From the NCBI GenBank assembly GCA_037189525.1, contig JBBCJC010000003.1:64001-128000 (forward strand): 64,000 bases of DNA. The letters run 5' to 3'. Position numbers and translations under genes: made by a program. Below, in pieces: positions 33,046-45,563 of the stretch. Under the pieces are notes generated by a model that saw only the letters and a list, made by a program, of their open reading frames with translations, was not told the DNA's origin and searched no databases. The first letter of the stretch is position 1; every line of letters begins with the position of its first letter. The DNA is from Gemmatimonadales bacterium. Lineage in GTDB: Bacteria; Gemmatimonadota; Gemmatimonadetes; Gemmatimonadales; GWC2-71-9.

Positions 33046-34575
33046 TCAGCGGAGTGGACGGCCGACGGCGAGTTCGAGCGCCGCCACGGCCTTGTGATAG
33101 TCGTACACCGCGTTGACGTAATCGCCCTCGGCCCGCTGCACGTTGTTCTCGGCATCGGTCACGTCGAGCGCGCTGCCGGCGCCCAGCCGGTAGCGATCCT
33201 GTGCCAGCTGGCGCTGATCCCGGGCCGCTTCCCGGTTGGCTTCCTGCACCGCGATGGCGCGGAACGCCGTTTCCACGGCCAGGAAGCGGCCCTGCACATC
33301 GGTGCGAACCTGCAGCTCGCGAGCCCGCGCCGCTTCGCGGAGATCCTCGCGCTGCGCCCGCGCCTGGGCAATGTTCAGGTCGCGCTGGAACCCGTCGAAG
33401 ATGGGCAGCGAAATCCGGACGCCGGCGCTGAACGGCTGGCTCGTGAAGCTGAAGGGAAAGACGTTGTTGCGCGCGATGATCGCGTTGCGCACTTCGGGCT
33501 GTAAGGCATCGCCCGTGGCGTCGAGACCGACGTATGCGCGGCAATCGGCAATGGTGCCGTTGCCCGCCTGGCCGCCGATGCCGCCGCCCGGCAGGCTCGT
33601 GATCAGGCTGTTCTGGAACTGGCAGTTGGTAAACTGGCTGCGGGCGCTGCCCAGCGCCTGATTCAGCAGGACGTTGTCGTTGGTGAACTGCTGGGTATAC
33701 CCGTTCCAGCCGGCCTGGAAACTCAAAGTCGGCAGGTAGCGCGACCGCTGTCCACGCAGCGCATGGGTCGCGGCCCCTTCGCGTGCGCGGGCGGCCCGGA
33801 CCGTCGGATTCTGTTCGCCGGCAATGCCCAGCAAGCCGTCGAGCTGCCAGGCCGGGGCCGTCACCGGGAACGAGTCCGGCAGCGCGACCTCACGCACCGC
33901 TACCGGCGCGTTGAGCCCGATCCGGCGGAACAGTTCGAGCTTGGCTTCCGCCTCGGTCTGCTCGGCGCGCAGGAGCGCGATGTCGGCCTGGCCCTTCTGG
34001 ACCTGCGCCTGTTTCACGTCCAGAATGGTCGCCTGTCCGACCTGGAACCGCGCTTCGGCCAGGGTCAGGAATTCGGCGTTGCGCGCCACCTGCTGGCGGG
34101 CCACGTCCGACTGGGCTGTGGCCTGGAGGGCGGAGAGATACTGGAAGGTGACATCGTAGCGGAGCGAGACCTCGGCGCCGTTGATGTCTTCCGAGATGGC
34201 GGCCTGGTTGGCTCGCTGCTGTCCCGGCGCGGTCAGGGTGTTGCCGGACAGCTGCCAGTTCAGGTCGATCCCGTATCCCGATGAGACCGTCGGCGACGAC
34301 TGATTGAAGACCGAGCCTGCGAAGGTGGCCGAGCCCGATCCGGTGTACGACATGCTGCCGGCCACAGACAGGGAGGGCAGGAGGGTCGACGCGTACGCGT
34401 TGCGGACACTCCACCGGGCCGCGCTCGCGTCGTTCAACGTCTGGCGGTAGGTCGGGCTGTGACGAGAGGCCTGGCTGAGCGCCTGTTCGAGCGTCAGCGA
34501 GGACGGCGGGGCCTGTCCGACAACGGCGGCAGGCACCGACAACAGCAGCGCAAGGGCAAGGGCCCTGGGCTTCAT
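33046..34575 (-). CDS. TolC family outer membrane efflux protein
   Basis: Signal peptide, LTLEQAL, YLPTLS, SLPIFDG, RYRLGAG...DV. Confidence 0.9.
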   Translation of the reverse strand: MKPRALALALLLSVPAAVVGQAPPSSLTLEQALSQASRHSPTYRQTLNDASAARWSVRNAYASTLLPSLSVAGSMSYTGSGSATFAGSVFNQSSPTVSSGYGIDLNWQLSGNTLTAPGQQRANQAAISEDINGAEVSLRYDVTFQYLSALQATAQSDVARQQVARNAEFLTLAEARFQVGQATILDVKQAQVQKGQADIALLRAEQTEAEAKLELFRRIGLNAPVAVREVALPDSFPVTAPAWQLDGLLGIAGEQNPTVRAARAREGAATHALRGQRSRYLPTLSFQAGWNGYTQQFTNDNVLLNQALGSARSQFTNCQFQNSLITSLPGGGIGGQAGNGTIADCRAYVGLDATGDALQPEVRNAIIARNNVFPFSFTSQPFSAGVRISLPIFDGFQRDLNIAQARAQREDLREAARARELQVRTDVQGRFLAVETAFRAIAVQEANREAARDQRQLAQDRYRLGAGSALDVTDAENNVQRAEGDYVNAVYDYHKAVAALELAVGRPLR

Positions 34576-34619
34576 CGCGTTCATTCCTTTCGTTGAACGG
34601 AACAGTCGACGGGCACTCG

Positions 34620-34646
34620 TACGAGCGGGGACCGCCCACGGTTTCA
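34620..34646 (-). promoter_or_regulatory. ECF (SigW-like) promoter for the efflux operon
   Basis: TGAAAC-N17-CGTA about 45 bp upstream of the tolC-like start. Confidence 0.45.
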
Positions 34647-34871
34647 ACTTGGGACGAAAGCTTGGCAAGTCGTTCAATTGCATCGGTTTGTCCATTCATC
34701 GAACTCGGGTTGGACGAAGCCCGGAAGCGGGCCGGTAACCAGGGCCAGCGATGAAGGGTTCGTGCCTCGAGGCTTCGGAATCTAAACCGTTGCTGTGAAA
34801 TTGTTTAGACTGATTCCCCCGAAGGAGCCCCGCGCCGCGCCGTGACCGCTCCTGGGACGGGTGTCCCGGCT

Positions 34872-35504
34872 TCAGGACGGCGGAGCCGATCGTTCGATCC
34901 GTTCCAGCAGATAGTCGAGGATGGTCCGGTAATACTGTTCACCGGTTGCGCGGGCCGTGGCCAGGCCCGGTGGGAGCAAGGCGGTGTCGACGGTTTCCGG
35001 CGCGATGGCGAGCAGGATGCTGGTGGTGGCCACGGCCGGGCTCACGTCGGGGAGCGGGGCGGCAAAGATGTCGATCAGGGTGACACGGCCGAGCGCGCGG
35101 ATGGTGCTCAAGGCTTCGAGGTGGGCGTCGGCCGCGTGGGCCGTCAGGATGACGACGTCGTCCACCTTTGCTTCCGTCTCCCACGCGGCAATAAGTTCGT
35201 TCATCATCCGGTGCAGCGTCTTGCGGGTCAGCGAGGCGGTGCCGGGTGAATCGGGGTCACGATTGGCGTGGACACCGAACGGGATGACGGGGCTACAGGC
35301 AATCTGCAGGCGGGCGGACAGGTCGTGCGCCAGCCGTTCGACGATCAGGGTGTCCGCACCAAGCGGCAACTCCGGGCCCCGGGCAATCAGGGTTCCGGCC
35401 GGGATCAGGAGGCGGGGATTCGAGCTGAGAATGCGGCGGACCGCGAGGGCGGTCATGCAGGCGAGGAGCACCGGCTTCGGGTGATCGACCTGGTCTGGCG
35501 TCAT
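34872..35504 (-). CDS. Creatininase-family protein, degenerate motifs (start may be 35457)
   Basis: PRLLIPAGTL..GPELPLGAD, PVIPFGV, PGTASL. Confidence 0.65.
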   Translation of the reverse strand: MTPDQVDHPKPVLLACMTALAVRRILSSNPRLLIPAGTLIARGPELPLGADTLIVERLAHDLSARLQIACSPVIPFGVHANRDPDSPGTASLTRKTLHRMMNELIAAWETEAKVDDVVILTAHAADAHLEALSTIRALGRVTLIDIFAAPLPDVSPAVATTSILLAIAPETVDTALLPPGLATARATGEQYYRTILDYLLERIERSAPPS

Positions 35505-38500
35505 CGCTGGCTGGTACTCCTGCTTGCCGGGTATCTGCTGCTGGCCGAGTGGATCCGCGAACCCCGACTCGGTCTGGCCATTGCGGCGGTACTGGCCTGG
35601 CTTGCCGCGGCGGTCGTTCTGCCTCGGCGGCGTGGAGCCGGCCTGCTGCTCACGGCGGCGCTGGTCGGCCAGGCCGCCCTGCTCGGGTTCAGTCACGTCG
35701 CGATCGAACGGATCACGCGATCCTGGCCCGAGGTCCGCGAGAGCCAAATTACGCAGGCCGCCGAGGAGTGGCTACGGCAGATCAAGGCGTCCCGGGCCTC
35801 GATTGGCCGGGTGCTCGACGAGGCCGTCCAGGCCGAGGGGTTGCCGCGTGACCGAGCTCTGGGCCGGCTGGCGCGGGCGGTGGATGCCGCCGCGGTCGAA
35901 ACCGGCGTGGTAATCGTCGAAGCCGACGGTACTCCCTTCGCCTGGGCCGGACGCCACCGGTTGCCTCCCGAATCCCAGGGCGACTCGATCGATTTCCGGC
36001 GCGCGCCCTACTATGCGGTGCTCGAGGGCCGCCGCGAACTCCCCAATCAGCGGACGGCCATCGTCTCCCTCCTCCTCGCGGCCGATTCGACGGTGCCGGA
36101 TCAGGGACGGAGCCTGGCGCGGCGGTTTGCGCAGCGAGCGGGCGTTGGCGTCGAGGTGCTGCTGACCGGGATTGCGCCCGACACCTCCGACGTCTTCGAT
36201 TATCTGGAGCCCACCGCCGACGGCGGGAGCCGCCTCCTCTTCAGCGTGCAGCTGGTGCCGCCCAGCCAGACGGAGGCGCACGAGCGGACCTACCGTGCCG
36301 CCGTCGCGCGCCTGTTCATGGTCGCGGCGCTGACGCTGCTGCTCGCCCTGGTGGTTGCGGAGCCGGGATGGTCGCGGTTTGCACTGGTGGTTCTGCCGGT
36401 CGTGGTGCTGACGCGCGCGCCGCTGGGCGGCGCTCTCGAAGCGCCGGCGCTCTTTTCGTCCTATGCATTTCATCATCCGCTGCTGGGCCCGCTTTCGGAA
36501 TCGGCGGCTCCGCTTGCTGCGGTGAGTGTGGTGGTTGCGTTGCTGGCGCTGGCCATCCGGCCGCGTCTGACGGTGCCGCGGTGGATCGGGATTCCGGTGG
36601 CCGGCGTGCTGCTCCTCGCGGCGCCGTACCTGGTCAGCCGACTCGGCCGGGGCATTCAGGTGCCGCTCGAGGGTGTGTCGGTCGAGCTCTGGGTGGTGTG
36701 GCAGCTGGTCGTCTTTCTGGTGGCGTTTGCCATCATCATGGTGGCCGCCGCGTTGTTGCCGCGCCGGGCTTCGGGCCGCCGGACGCCCGTGGCGCTCGGC
36801 ACCGCCATCGCGCTCGGCGCCACTGTGATCGGGCTCGGGATCTGGAACGCCAGGTACGGATGGCCCGACTGGTATCCGGTGCTCTGGGCCGTGGCCATTG
36901 CGTTGGTGGTGTGGCCGGCGCGCCGGGTCGTCGGCCTGGCCGGCATCGGCGTCGCGGTCGGGAGCGCGGCGTCGCTGATGGTGTGGGGCGCCGAAGTCGA
37001 AGGGCGAGTGGCGGCGGCCCGTGCCGATCTCGGTGCGCTCGGGAGCCGGGCCGATCCGATCGTGATCCCGCTGCTCGAGATCTTCATCGATCAGGTCGAC
37101 GAAGGTGCGGTGCCGCGCAGCACATCGGAGCTGTTCCAGGTTTGGCAATCGTCTCCGCTGGCTCGGCAGTCGTTTCCCGCGGTGCTGGGCCTCTGGACCG
37201 CCGACGGCGAACCGCGGGCCCAGTTGCGGCTCGACGAACTCGATCTGCCCGATACGCTGGTGCGTCGAGTGGTGCGACAACTGCCTGATGGGGTGTCGCG
37301 CACGATCGTGCCGCTCCAGCGGATTCCGGCGGTGCACTACCTGGGCGTGGTACGGGTCGATGCGGGAACCGTGCTGACGATCGGGCTCGGCCCGCGTTCC
37401 AATCTGATTCCGCGCGCGCGGCTCGGACGGCTCCTGGTGCCGACCCCACCGCACCAACCGCTCTATCGCCTGACGTTGTCGCCGACCGGCTCGCTGGAGC
37501 AGCCGCGCGAAGGCGTGGCACTCTGGCGGCGCGAAGGCTGGACCGCCCGCGGTTCGCGCACCGTGGCCATGGGCGACGGCGCCCGTGACGTATCGGGTGT
37601 GGCGGAGTTGGGGCGACCCGGCGCGCTCCTGGTGCGCGGCACCCTGCTCGTGGTGCTGGATCTGCTGGTCGTCTTCTGTCTGGCGGGGCTGGCCAGCTGG
37701 CTGGCGGTCGGCCGGGTCGAGCGGCCCGGCTGGTGGCCCGAATGGCGGGCGTTCCGGACCCGGATCGCGATGGCGCTTGGTGCGTTCTTCCTGGTGCCGG
37801 CGGCCGGCTTTGCCCTGATCAACATTTTCGAACTGGCCGATGGCGGCAGGAGCCGTCGCGATCTGATGATCGCCCAGACGCTTCGGGATGCCGCGCCCGG
37901 GAGCATGTTGCCGCTGACCGGGCCGATGGCGGTCGACAGTACCTTGGAAGTGCTCAGCGAGCGGGTCGACGCCAATCTGGTGCTTTACCGCGACGGACGG
38001 CTGATTGCCGCCAACGGGGGCGGGGTGCTAGAGGACTTCGGCGTCGTCAACACGCTGGTCCATCCCGACATGTTTCGGCGGGTCCAACTCGAGGGCGAGC
38101 AGACCGCCGTCACCGACGGGCCTTCCGCGACGACCCCGACCCGGCTCGGCGTGCGGGCCATCCGCCTGCCGACCGGCGACGCGGCCATGCTCGCCTCGCC
38201 GCAGAGTACCGGCGATCCCGACATCATCCGCCGCCAGCTCGATCTGGCCTACGTGCTGGTATTGGCCGTGGTGCTCGGTCTCTTTGCCGCCGTGGTCGGT
38301 GCGCAGCTTTCGGCGCGGGCCCTCTCGCGTCCGGTAAGCGAGCTTCGGGATGCGGCGCTCGCGTTCGGACGCGGTCATCCGATGCCGCCCCCGGCGAGCG
38401 ACCCGCCCGCCGAGTTCACGCCCGTCTTTGCCGCGCTGGAGAAGATGGCGGACGACGTCCGGGCTACGCAGGAAGCGCAGGAACGTGCCGCGCGGGTGCT

Positions 38501-39140
38501 GGCCTGGGGTGAGATGGCCAATCAGATCGCGCACGAAATCAAGAATCCGCTGACGCCGATGCGGCTGGGGATCCAGCATCTCCAGCGGGTCCATCGCGAC
38601 GGGCGTCCCCTCGGCCCCAGTCTCGAGGACACGGCCCGCCGGATCCTGGGTGAAATCGACCGGCTCGACACCATTGCCCGCGCCTTCAGCCGGTTCGCCG
38701 CGCCGGCCGAAGGGCGTCCCGCGCCGGAGCCCACGCCGCTTGGTGACGTCTGCCGCGAAGTGGTGGCGCTCTACGGTCTGGCGCCCGATGCGGGCGGGGT
38801 CAGTCTTTCGGTGGAGCGCGATGCGATGGTGCTGGCCCATCGGGACGAGGTCAAGGAGACGCTGGTCAACCTGCTCGAGAACTCACGCAACGCGGATGCG
38901 CGTACCGTGATCGTCCGGCTCGATGGGCCGGTGCTCAGGGTCGTCGATGACGGATGCGGGATTGCGCCGGAAGAACTCGAACGGATCTTCGAGCCGCGCT
39001 TCTCGACGACGACGAGCGGCTCGGGGCTCGGGCTCGCCATCGTCAAGCGGCTGGTCGAAGGCTGGGGCGCGGTGATCGGGGTCGAGAGCGAACTCGGTCG
39101 CGGTACCACCATCACCGTCCGCTTCCGGGAGGCGACGCCC

Positions 39141-39158
<18 letters not shown>
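35481..39158 (+). CDS. Large multi-TM sensor histidine kinase (NtrY-like, HAMP-HisKA-HATPase)
   Basis: Many TM segments; WGEMANQIAHEIKNPLTPM, NLLEN, DDGCGI, FEPRFST, GSGLGL. Confidence 0.9.
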
Positions 39159-40912
<1,754 letters not shown>

Positions 40913-40916
<4 letters not shown>

Positions 40917-41770
40917 GCGTCGGATTCCATGATCGCGTTGACGGCGTGTTCGAACTGAACCTCGACCTGGCGGAGCATCGGCGAGACGGCCTCCGGCGAG
41001 AACTGGATCAATTCCCAGGCGGCCGCATCGAACGTCGGCACCAGGTGCTCACCGCTCGACCCGAAGGCCAGGGCATTGGCAAAGACGTCGGCGACGTGGA
41101 TGATCGCCGCCTCGATCGGGAAACGGCTGGCCATCGCGGGCGTGTGATGCCAGGCCGCGGTTTCGACCAGCACGCTGGGCAGCCGCCACTGTTCGAGCAG
41201 GGCCGCGCCCACCGAACCGTGATGGAATCCGAATACGCGGCGTTCCACCTGGAAGAGCGGCTCGTTGGTGCGCGCAGCATCGAGGAGGGCCGTCGCCGCT
41301 TCCATCGGGGCGCGGGTATAGAAGATCAGCCGGCCGATATCGTGCAGCAGGCCGGCAATGAAATAGCGTTCGAGATTGGCTTCGCGCCGGCCGGCGGCCA
41401 ACTGGCGCGCGATCAAACCGCAGGTGATGCTGTGCCGCCAGAACGAGTTCATGTCGGCCAGGTCGGCCGGAACGTTGGAAAAGAGCCGCATGAACGAGGT
41501 GCCGATCGCCAGGTCGCGCAGCTGTGCCATCCCGACGATGCTGATGGCCTGCGTCACGGTGGCAATCCGGGTCGGGAAGCCGTAGATCGGACTATTGACC
41601 AGGCGCAGCAAGCGCGCGGTCAGTCCCGGATCTTCGGCAATCACGCGGCCGACATCGGACGCCGAACTGAGCGGATGGTCGATCACCTGGACCAGCCGGT
41701 CGTACATGCCCTGGATGGTGCCGACTTCGACGGCGCCACGGATCAGGTCTTCGGGGCGGCGTGGGGTCAT
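40913..41770 (-). CDS. HDOD domain protein
   Basis: DPGLTARLLRLVNSP, FWRHS, AGLLHDIG, WRLP; ATGA overlap with the upstream gene. Confidence 0.9.
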
Positions 41771-42093
41771 ACCCGGTTCTGTCCGATCGCGGCGGCGACA
41801 CAGTGGGCAAAGAGCGCCGCGATGGCCGGATGCTGGCGATCCACGAGGACAAAGCGGGGCGCCACCGCGGCCTCGGCGGCGGCCCACGCTTCGGGATCGA
41901 TCGGCTGTTCGGCGGTCACGGCGGTCGGGTCGTCGACCTGGATGTCCACCGCCGCGATGCCCCACATCTGGCAGTAGCGGATGTGCTTCTCGGTCAGCAC
42001 CGTCCCGGTAGGTAGCAGCAGGCGTCCGGACGCGTCGGAAAGGTCGGCGCCCAGGACCAGATCGGGACGAAGCTGTTCGATGCTGACTTGCAT
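41767..42093 (-). CDS. Small hypothetical protein resembling the N-terminal module of HD-GYP proteins
   Basis: IEQLRPDLVLGADL...GRLLLPTGTVLT...WGI; AGGAG RBS. Confidence 0.7.
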   Translation of the reverse strand: MQVSIEQLRPDLVLGADLSDASGRLLLPTGTVLTEKHIRYCQMWGIAAVDIQVDDPTAVTAEQPIDPEAWAAAEAAVAPRFVLVDRQHPAIAALFAHCVAAAIGQNRV

Positions 42094-42120
42094 GTGTGGC
42101 CGACTCCTTGGGAACCTGGA

Positions 42121-42147
42121 GTATCGGCTTGGGGGAGGCCGACTTGA
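42121..42147 (-). promoter_or_regulatory. Sigma-28 (FliA)-type promoter
   Basis: TCAAG-N14-GCCGATAC, 27 bp upstream of ATG 42093. Confidence 0.7.
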
Positions 42148-42356
42148 GGGTCGGACAGGTGCTGGAGGGGGCTCAAATCGTTCGATTCCGTGACGGCGCC
42201 GGGGCCGGACTGCAAATTCTTGCGGGGGGTGGCGGGTTGGCGTCGCAGGCGATAGCGTCCTGGGATGGGGATCGGACCTTCCAAACGGCGCCCGCGGCTC
42301 GGCCCACGTTGTGCCACATCAGGCTCCGAACCCCAACTCAGGCCGGAGTTTACCCT

Positions 42357-42824
42357 GTGAACGTCGATCCGATTCCGCAGAACATCGTCGCGGTCCACGA
42401 CCTGCTCGCCGAGACCATGACGTACGCGAACGAGCGAGACCCTCGCTATAACTGGGGCGTGGCCATTTTTCCGCGGACTGGCCGATTCGATGCGCCGGTG
42501 TTCGGAGTCGTCACCTGTGGTGGGGAGTCCACAACGCTGACTTACCGGCTGCTCCAGGCGTTGATGGAGATTCCGGTCGCCGTCAGCGGCCGGGTTCCGG
42601 CCATTATCCGGGACGGAATGGCGTTTGGACCCCGCCGATCGGTGCCGCCGCCGGCCCTTCTGGATCAACCTGTTTTACACTTGATGCTGACGTGCAGAAT
42701 TGGGACGACGGTGGAGGACATCGATCGCACCATGCCGCTCGAATCGACCGTCTTTGCGGGAGACCTGCGGGCGCCGATCATCCTGCTGACCGACGCCGGG
42801 GTGCCGGAGGGCTGGCCGCTCTAA
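42357..42824 (+). CDS. Hypothetical protein
   Basis: GGAG RBS before GTG 42357; host-like codon usage. Confidence 0.6.
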   Translation: MNVDPIPQNIVAVHDLLAETMTYANERDPRYNWGVAIFPRTGRFDAPVFGVVTCGGESTTLTYRLLQALMEIPVAVSGRVPAIIRDGMAFGPRRSVPPPALLDQPVLHLMLTCRIGTTVEDIDRTMPLESTVFAGDLRAPIILLTDAGVPEGWPL

Positions 42825-42844
42825 CCTGGCCAGCCCGCTTCCGC

Positions 42845-44083
42845 TCAGCGTGCGCTGGCGGCGTTCCACACGATCAGAAGTGCCCACTGCGGCCCGAGGT
42901 AGCCCCTCGGGCCGTCTTCGTACCATTCCCCCAGCGAATGGGCTCCGCCTCCGGTGCCGCCTCCGTCGATGGTGATGGCCGGGATACCCAGGCTGATCGG
43001 CAGGTTGGCATCGGTGCTGGACACTCCGGATGCTGGGGACGGGAGACCGAGCGCCGTCGCCGCCTGACGTGCCCCGCGCACCAGCCAGAGCGAATCGGGC
43101 TGGGTGCCGGCCGGCCGGCGGCCCATTTCGACGATGTCGGCCGCAAGGTTCGCAGTCGACTGCGGCCAGCGCCGCCGTTCGGCCTCGACGGCCTGGTTCA
43201 CCGCCCGCCGAAATGCGCTGTCCAGTTTGGCCAACGCCGGAGCCGACTCCGACCGCAGATCGACCTGCATCGAGCCCGTGAACGCGATCGAGTTGATCGA
43301 GGTTCCGCCCTCCACGATGCCGACGCTGAAGGTGGTGCGGGGAACGCCGGGCACCTCGAGATCGGCAATCGTGGCAATGGCGCGGCCCATTGCGTGGATC
43401 GGATTGGGCATTCCGAAATTGCCGTAGCTGTGTCCGCCGGGTCCTTTGAAGTCGACCCGGTACCGGTTGCTGCCGACCCCGCCGGTCGTCAGGCCGAGTC
43501 CGACACCGTCGACCGAGATGAAGGCGTCGACCGCGCCGGCCGGCTTCCGTTCGAAGAGATACCGGACGCCGCGCAGGTTGCCGGGGCCTTCTTCACCGAC
43601 GTTGCCGACGAAGAGGATGTCGCCTTCCGGCACGACGTTGGCCAATGCCACCGCGCGGGCCACGGCCAGTACGACGGCCAGACCGCGGCAGTCGTCTCCG
43701 ATGCCAGGACCCATGAGCCGGTTGCCCTGGCGCTTGACCGTCACATCCGTTTCTTCGGGAAAGACGGTGTCGAGGTGGCCCGCGATCATGACCCGGCGGC
43801 CTCGGCCGCTGCCTTTGCGGATCGCGATCACGTTGCCGATCGAATCCACCGTCGGCTGATACCCCAGGGCGCGGAAGCGCCGCGCATACTCGGCGGCCCG
43901 GCGTTCCTCCTTGAAGGGAGGGGCCGGAATCTCGCAGAGCGACACCTGTTGATCGAGGGTCCAGGCATTGTCGCGCTGGAGGATCGCGAGCGCGTTCCGG
44001 ACAGCCGGGGTATCGGGCAGCTGGGCATCGGCACCCGGGGCCTGCGCGGCCAGCAGGCCCAGGCCCAGCGCCAATCGCCTCAA
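42845..44083 (-). CDS. Secreted M20/M25/M40 family metallopeptidase
   Basis: TTG start overlapping the ridA stop; signal peptide; AGHLDTVF, GIGDD, VGEEG, GGHS, STDAN, AHS..E. Confidence 0.88.
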   Translation of the reverse strand: MRRLALGLGLLAAQAPGADAQLPDTPAVRNALAILQRDNAWTLDQQVSLCEIPAPPFKEERRAAEYARRFRALGYQPTVDSIGNVIAIRKGSGRGRRVMIAGHLDTVFPEETDVTVKRQGNRLMGPGIGDDCRGLAVVLAVARAVALANVVPEGDILFVGNVGEEGPGNLRGVRYLFERKPAGAVDAFISVDGVGLGLTTGGVGSNRYRVDFKGPGGHSYGNFGMPNPIHAMGRAIATIADLEVPGVPRTTFSVGIVEGGTSINSIAFTGSMQVDLRSESAPALAKLDSAFRRAVNQAVEAERRRWPQSTANLAADIVEMGRRPAGTQPDSLWLVRGARQAATALGLPSPASGVSSTDANLPISLGIPAITIDGGGTGGGAHSLGEWYEDGPRGYLGPQWALLIVWNAASAR

Positions 44084-44625
44084 CGGGCCCTCGACCGCCG
44101 GCCGGCGGGCCGCTTGGTACGAACAGACTTGGTTTTCCTGGCCGAGGCTTTCTTGGCCGATGCGCGGGTCGCCTTGGCGGCCGGGCGCGCGGTGCGGGCC
44201 TTTGCCTTCGCTTTGGTCTTGGCGCTGCGCCGGCGTGCGGGAGCGACCGAAGCGATGCAGGTGACTTCGAGTGCCACGCCGTAGTGCAGTTCGGGCACCG
44301 GGACGATCGCCCGCGCCGGCCGATGCGTTCCCATCACTTCGGCGTAGGTCGCGTTGACGGCGTCCCAGTCGTCGAGCTTCGTGATATACGCCGTGACCTG
44401 CACGATCTGCTGGAGGCTGCTGCCGGCGGTGCGGAGAATCCGCTCCATGTTCTCGAGCACGCGCCGGGTTTGCTCTTCGACCGTACCGAGCAAGGGCTTG
44501 CCGGTGGCCATATCGACGGGGAGCTGGCCGGCGACATAGACGAGCCCGTTGTGAACGATTGCCTGGGAATAGTGACCGCCGGGGCGCGCCGTACCGGGCA
44601 CCTGGATCGGAGAAATCGAAGCCAT
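44080..44625 (-). CDS. RidA/YjgF family enamine deaminase with a basic C-terminal tail
   Basis: GHYSQAI, YVAGQLP, VNATY, RPARA, LEVTCIA, then about 50 aa rich in K/R/A. Confidence 0.88.
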   Translation of the reverse strand: MASISPIQVPGTARPGGHYSQAIVHNGLVYVAGQLPVDMATGKPLLGTVEEQTRRVLENMERILRTAGSSLQQIVQVTAYITKLDDWDAVNATYAEVMGTHRPARAIVPVPELHYGVALEVTCIASVAPARRRSAKTKAKAKARTARPAAKATRASAKKASARKTKSVRTKRPAGRRSRAR

Positions 44626-44678
44626 GGGGACACGTCTGAGATGAAGGTCGGGCAGGGCGCGGAATGCGCCCCGCTCCG

Positions 44679-45563
44679 TTAATAGTCGGCCGATCGGCTT
44701 CCCGAGACAATCCCGACACGATCGAAATGCGCGTCGCGCTCGGTGGTCGCGTGCCCGCCTCGGGTAGCCGCCTTGAGTTCGGTGGCGAGTGCTTCCAGGT
44801 CGGCAACCATCTGGTCGGGATGTTCGAGCCGCGCCTCGATCCGCCGGACCAGGGCCGAGCCCGTGATGACGCCTCGAGCGCCCGCGGCGAGGGCGGAACG
44901 GACCTGCGTCGGCGTGGAGATTCCGAAGCCGACCACCGGGGGCGCCGCGCCGGCGCGGCGCAAGGCGGCCAGCCGGGTGCGCAGGTCGGCCGCCGGCGTC
45001 CGGTCGTCTCCCGTTACCCCGTCGCGCGAGGTGACATAGGTATAGCCTCGGCTCTGCCGCCCGATCTCTGCCAGGTGCGCTGGTGAGGCGTTGGGCGGCG
45101 CGATCAGGACCGCGGCAATCCCGGCCGCCGCCGCTGCCTCGGCAAATCGCTCGGCCTCGGCCAGCGGTACGTCGGCAATCAGGACGGAATCGACGCCCGC
45201 CTTGGCCGCTTCGCGATAGAAGGCGCCCACGCCGCGCCGGACCACCAGATTGGCGTACACCAGGAGTCCGATCGGCAGGTCGGGCGCGGCACGCCGCACC
45301 GTTGCGATCAGGGTAAAACAATCGGCCATGCGAACGCCCGCATCGAGCGCGCGGCGAGCCGAAGCCTGGATGACCGGTCCATCAGCCACCGGATCGGAAA
45401 ACGGCAGGCCGAGTTCGAGGGCATCGGCGCGCGCGGCGATCAGCGCAGCGAGCAGCCGCGCCGAGGTCGTCAGGTCGGGGTCTCCCAAGGTGAGGAAGGG
45501 GATGAAGGCGCCTTCACCGCGAGCAGAAAGCTGCGCAAACATGCGATCGTACCGGGTATTCAT
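44679..45563 (-). CDS. trpA: Tryptophan synthase alpha chain
   Basis: [40 protein letters not shown]. Confidence 0.97.
   Translation of the reverse strand: MNTRYDRMFAQLSARGEGAFIPFLTLGDPDLTTSARLLAALIAARADALELGLPFSDPVADGPVIQASARRALDAGVRMADCFTLIATVRRAAPDLPIGLLVYANLVVRRGVGAFYREAAKAGVDSVLIADVPLAEAERFAEAAAAAGIAAVLIAPPNASPAHLAEIGRQSRGYTYVTSRDGVTGDDRTPAADLRTRLAALRRAGAAPPVVGFGISTPTQVRSALAAGARGVITGSALVRRIEARLEHPDQMVADLEALATELKAATRGGHATTERDAHFDRVGIVSGSRSADY

Noticed and set aside
42096..42356. 5' extension of the 42096-42824 ORF
   Set aside because: It overlaps the divergent sigma-28 promoter, and a better RBS plus GTG exists at 42357.
44679..44765. TrpA C-terminal extension as a remnant of a lost downstream gene
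   Set aside because: No start codon or convincing similarity; simple stop-codon drift explains it.
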